Origin: Myxococcota bacterium | GTDB taxonomy: Bacteria; Myxococcota_A; UBA9160; UBA4427 | Direction: 5' to 3' | Assembly (NCBI GenBank): GCA_036336835.1 | Contig: JAYZFK010000066.1 | Coordinates: 1 to 10,907 of the forward strand | DNA: 10,907 bases | Shown here: positions 7,503 to 10,907 of the stretch, one piece after another | Layout: each line of letters begins with the position of its first letter | How positions within the stretch are numbered: position 1 is the first letter of the stretch | Notes under the pieces: model-generated | Database searches by the model: none | What the model was told of the DNA's origin: nothing | What the model saw: only the letters and a program-made list of their open reading frames with translations | Position numbers and translations under genes: made by a program

Positions 7503-10184
7503 CTAGCTGGTGACCGACGGGCCCGGGCCCTTTGCGAGCTCGGCCAGCTGCTCACGCGCGTCAGCATCGGGCTCGGCTCGCGGCACCGAGAGGTCGAGCG
7601 CCCGCGCGACCTCTGGATTCAATGCGAAGCGCGGCTCGCCACCGCGCAGCAGACGAGCCAGGTCATCCGCGATGATCTGTCCCTGGTGAGCGGCGATCTC
7701 CTCGGTGTTGCCGCCGACATGCGGCGTTGCGATCAGGTTGTCGACCGCCAGCATCTCGCTGTCCGAGCCAGGAGGCTCGCTGGAGAATACGTCGGTGGCC
7801 GCGCCAGCGAGCCGCCCTTCGCGCAACGCTTCGAGCATCGCCTGCTCATCGATCAGCGCCGAGCGAGCCGTATTGATCAAGAACGCTCCCTGCTTGACGC
7901 GCTCGAGTTCGCGCTTGCCGATCAGACCTCGCGTCTCGTCCGTTACGGGGGCATGGAGGCTGATGAAATCGCTCTCAGCGAGCAGCTCATCGATCGAAAC
8001 AATCTCGACTCCGTCGAGAGCAGCCCGTTCCGCATCGACATACGGGTCGAAGGCGATGATGCGCGTGCCGAACGGACGCACGCGCCGTGCAACCCCGCGC
8101 CCGACTGCGCCGAGCCCGATCAGGCCTATCGTCTTGCACCATAGCTCGCGGCCCTGGAGCGTCGCGTGGGCGAGTCCGCTCGCGCGCAGCTCGCCGGGCT
8201 CGTGGGGGGTCTCCCGCAAGAAGGAGGAAGCCGCTGGAAACTTGCGAGCCAGCATCAGCATGAAGGTCAGAGTCAGGTCGGCGACCGCATCGGCGTTGCG
8301 ACCGGGCGCATTCAACACGGGAATCCCGAGCAGCGAACACGACTGTACGTCGACGTTGACCGCGTTTCCGCGACACGAAGAAACGATGCGAAGTTCCGGT
8401 AGCTGCTGCAGGGAGGCGCCATCCACGAGGTCGACCTCCGTGACAAAGATGTCGACGCCCTGCAGCGCCTCGACCAGCTTGTCCTTCTTCAAGAGCCGCC
8501 GCAGCTCGCGATAATTCGCGTGCTCCACGTCTCCGAGCTCGCGGAGCTGCTCCAGCGATCTCTCATCGATGTTTGCCGTGACGAGGATGCGCGGACGCTC
8601 GGCGTGTGCGACGGGTCCGCTGGCAGCTCCTTCGCTCATCGTGCGGGCCAGCGCTCGACCCGCCAGACCTTGCGCGACCGCGTCGGCAGGAGCGGAAGCC
8701 AGGCGAAGCTCGCTCCACCCAGCGAAGATCTCCTCGTAGGCTGCCGAGCGCTCCGCGTCTGGCTCGAAAGTTCGGGCGCCGGATCTCAGCTGCACGACGC
8801 TGTCGGCGCCGCTTCGCAGATCGTCGTACACCCCTGCCGCCATCCCCGCGCAGACGGCAGCACCAAGCCCCGAGGCCTCGGGCGTCGCGGGGGCCCGCAC
8901 CGTTGCAGCACACACATCGGCCAGCAGCTGTGCGAACGTCGGGCTCTGCGAGAGGCCGCCGCCCAGCAGAACCTGGTCGGAGCTTCGCCCGGTCAGCTCG
9001 CCGAGCTGCTCGATGTTCGCACGCATCGAGAAGGCGATGCCTTCGACGACTGCCCGCGCAAGGTGGCGGCGAGGGTCGGGATCTCCGGTCGCCACGAAGT
9101 GTGACGGCGTCACGCTTCCGACGGGCAATCCCGGGGCGCGAGCGTTCATTACCTGCGCACCTAGCGTCGACAGCATACCCATTGCACCGGGCTCGGACTC
9201 TGCGGCCTGGGCGAGTAGCGCCGCCGTGGGCCGAGGCGAGTCCGGGCAGTGCATGCGGGCGAAGCCCGCGAGCACTTCGCCAGCCGGCCCCGCACTGCTC
9301 TCGAGCACCCAGAGATTCTCCAGCAGGTGATGGCCCTGCCAGCAACGCGCGTCGGGATCTGCAACCGGCCGCGACAACACCATCTCGACAGGAGCCGTCG
9401 TGCCGGCAATGATGGCGACGTCACCGTCGCTCACCGCACCGACACCCAGTAGACCGCACTGTGTATCCCCACCGCCCTGGGCAACCGGAATACCGGCACG
9501 AACTCCGAGATCGCTGGCCGCGCGCGAGGCGAGCGGGCCCAGGTTGCTGCCGGGCTCGCGCAGAGCGGGAAAGAGCCGCCGCGGGAACCCGAAGCGCTCG
9601 ATCCAGTCGTCGGCCCAGCTGCGACTTGCGAGATCGAAGAGCAGTGTCTCTCCCGCCTGCGACGCATCGGTGGCCACAGCACCACACATCCGCTGCGTGA
9701 CGGCGTCGTTGAGGGCGAAAACGGTAGACGCGCGCTGCCACTCGTCGGGATCGTTCGCTGCCAGCCACTGCAGGCGCGGCGCGGCCATCACGGCCATCGG
9801 CCAGTGGCCGGTCTGCGCGTTGAGCGCGTCGCCGTACTCATTCGCCAGCTGAAGCGACTCGGCGAAGGCCCTCGCGTCGCGATTCGGGCCGGCATAGAGC
9901 GGTCGTCCGCCATCGTCTACTACGACGACACCGAAGCGCATGCTCGTCACCGCGACGCCAATTACGTCGTCTGGAGTCGAGCCGGCACGAGCAAGCGCCT
10001 GATGCGCCGCATCACAGAGTTTCCGCCAGATGACATCGAGATCAGCGTCGAAGCCGAGGCCCCCACTGCGGGGGTAGCTCCAGGGGCTGGCGGCGCTGAA
10101 TACCTCTCCATTGTCCGCGTCCGCGAGCAGGCACCGACCACTGCCGCCGCCGACATCCAGGCCCATCAAGAGACGCTTGCTCAC
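7503..10184 (-). CDS. Fusion of an FGGY carbohydrate kinase (LsrK-like) and a D-isomer-specific 2-hydroxyacid dehydrogenase (SerA-like), ~893 aa
   Basis: AGGAGGAG RBS then GTG 10184. Kinase motifs DVGGGSGR, TSMRFG, NRDAR, GGGDTQ, GGGLSQS, EASGLGAA. The dehydrogenase begins near 8597 (RPRILVT) with NAPGRNADAVAD, GLGAVG, LHAP, NTAR, DVFSSEP, TPHVGG. One continuous frame. Confidence 0.92.
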   Translation of the reverse strand: MSKRLLMGLDVGGGSGRCLLADADNGEVFSAASPWSYPRSGGLGFDADLDVIWRKLCDAAHQALARAGSTPDDVIGVAVTSMRFGVVVVDDGGRPLYAGPNRDARAFAESLQLANEYGDALNAQTGHWPMAVMAAPRLQWLAANDPDEWQRASTVFALNDAVTQRMCGAVATDASQAGETLLFDLASRSWADDWIERFGFPRRLFPALREPGSNLGPLASRAASDLGVRAGIPVAQGGGDTQCGLLGVGAVSDGDVAIIAGTTAPVEMVLSRPVADPDARCWQGHHLLENLWVLESSAGPAGEVLAGFARMHCPDSPRPTAALLAQAAESEPGAMGMLSTLGAQVMNARAPGLPVGSVTPSHFVATGDPDPRRHLARAVVEGIAFSMRANIEQLGELTGRSSDQVLLGGGLSQSPTFAQLLADVCAATVRAPATPEASGLGAAVCAGMAAGVYDDLRSGADSVVQLRSGARTFEPDAERSAAYEEIFAGWSELRLASAPADAVAQGLAGRALARTMSEGAASGPVAHAERPRILVTANIDERSLEQLRELGDVEHANYRELRRLLKKDKLVEALQGVDIFVTEVDLVDGASLQQLPELRIVSSCRGNAVNVDVQSCSLLGIPVLNAPGRNADAVADLTLTFMLMLARKFPAASSFLRETPHEPGELRASGLAHATLQGRELWCKTIGLIGLGAVGRGVARRVRPFGTRIIAFDPYVDAERAALDGVEIVSIDELLAESDFISLHAPVTDETRGLIGKRELERVKQGAFLINTARSALIDEQAMLEALREGRLAGAATDVFSSEPPGSDSEMLAVDNLIATPHVGGNTEEIAAHQGQIIADDLARLLRGGEPRFALNPEVARALDLSVPRAEPDADAREQLAELAKGPGPSVTS

Positions 10185-10268
10185 GAAATGCTCTCCTCCT
10201 GTCGGATCCGCCAATCTACACGAGCCTGTCGGCCTGTGCGCCCGCGGTCATCGACGGCGTGTGGGTCG

Positions 10269-10454
10269 ACCGGAGCTGGCCTGCACCGTGAACAGGAAGA
10301 CTTTCGGCGGCGGAGCCTCTCGCTCGAGTCGCTCGCTGTGGAGTTCCGCAGCCATCTCGCTGCGCTGGTCGGAGAAGGTTTCGCGCATCGTGAGATGCTC
10401 AGTGCCCTTCTCGAGCCGGATCCAGTTTTCCTCGCGCTCCTCGGCGCTCAGGAT
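10269..10454 (-). pseudogene. DUF1214-like gene fragment (central part), no start codon
   Basis: ILSAEEREENWIRLEKGTEHLTMRETFSDQRSEMAAELHSERLEREAPPP with GC3-rich codons; resembles the LS.E...GNW..L...T..L.VRxTF.D...E..A.L.IER...PPP segment of DUF1214 proteins. Adjacent to a sulfotransferase gene. Confidence 0.6.
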
Positions 10455-10516
10455 GGCTGCGTCGTCCCAGACGTCGCAAGATCCAGCCTCACCCTTCCGG
10501 GCCGGGCGTTCTGAAC

Positions 10517-10907
10517 CTACCGCTCGATCTCGCGCGCAACGTCGAAGCGATCGAGATAGAAGGCGAAACGGTCGCGTACATGATTCGCTTCCAGGTCGAA
10601 CGCCTCGAGACTGTAGCGATGCTCGCCGTGACGACCGCGCGGGCGTGAGACCGTCCACTCCACCATGGCGTCGCGCGCAGGCGCCGAGAGCTCGAAACCG
10701 AGACGAGCGTAGATGCTCTCGATCGCACCGATGGGGTCGTCGATCAAATCCTGGAAGTACGAATCGGCGAAACGTTCGTCGCCGTTGCGATCGCGGAACT
10801 CGATCACCCGCTCGAGCGCCAGTACCCACATCTCCAACTGCTGCTCACCCATGCGCTGCGGATCGCGACCATCGCTCCAAAGATGGCGACGAAACGAGAT
10901 GATGCTG
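10517..10907 (-). CDS. Sulfotransferase family protein (Sulfotransfer_3/Stf-like), C-terminal part; 5' end lies outside the window
   Basis: Frame open to the window edge (SIISFRRHLWSDGRDPQRMGEQ...). ERFADSYFQDLIDDPIGAIESIY and RPRGRHGEHRYSLEAFDL...RFAFYLDRF match the C-terminus of this family. Confidence 0.85.
   Translation of the reverse strand, partial: SIISFRRHLWSDGRDPQRMGEQQLEMWVLALERVIEFRDRNGDERFADSYFQDLIDDPIGAIESIYARLGFELSAPARDAMVEWTVSRPRGRHGEHRYSLEAFDLEANHVRDRFAFYLDRFDVAREIER

Overview
GC-rich bacterial chromosomal window with no recombinase, transposase, RNA gene or CRISPR array. From left to right: the 5' end of a secreted-protein gene (minus strand, running off the window), a ~700-bp divergent intergenic region with four ATGT-N11-ACAT-like boxes, and a YHHGDLR-type TetR regulator. 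Next is a decayed DapB-like dehydrogenase bracketed by two ~80%-identical ~88-bp direct repeats, then a PiT phosphate transporter plus DUF47 pair, an exported alpha/beta hydrolase, a convergent SGNH hydrolase and a WS/DGAT N-terminal remnant. The right end holds an 893-aa LsrK-like FGGY kinase fused to a D-2-hydroxyacid dehydrogenase and the 3' end of a sulfotransferase gene. Most notable: two oppositely oriented pieces of an apparent DUF1214-like gene flank the fusion gene and rejoin in frame if the ~3-kb segment between a 10-bp inverted repeat is flipped. Also notable are the kinase-dehydrogenase fusion, the covarying structured direct repeat, and a pit leader that can pair over its own start codon. 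All family calls come from motif recognition by eye, not database searches.
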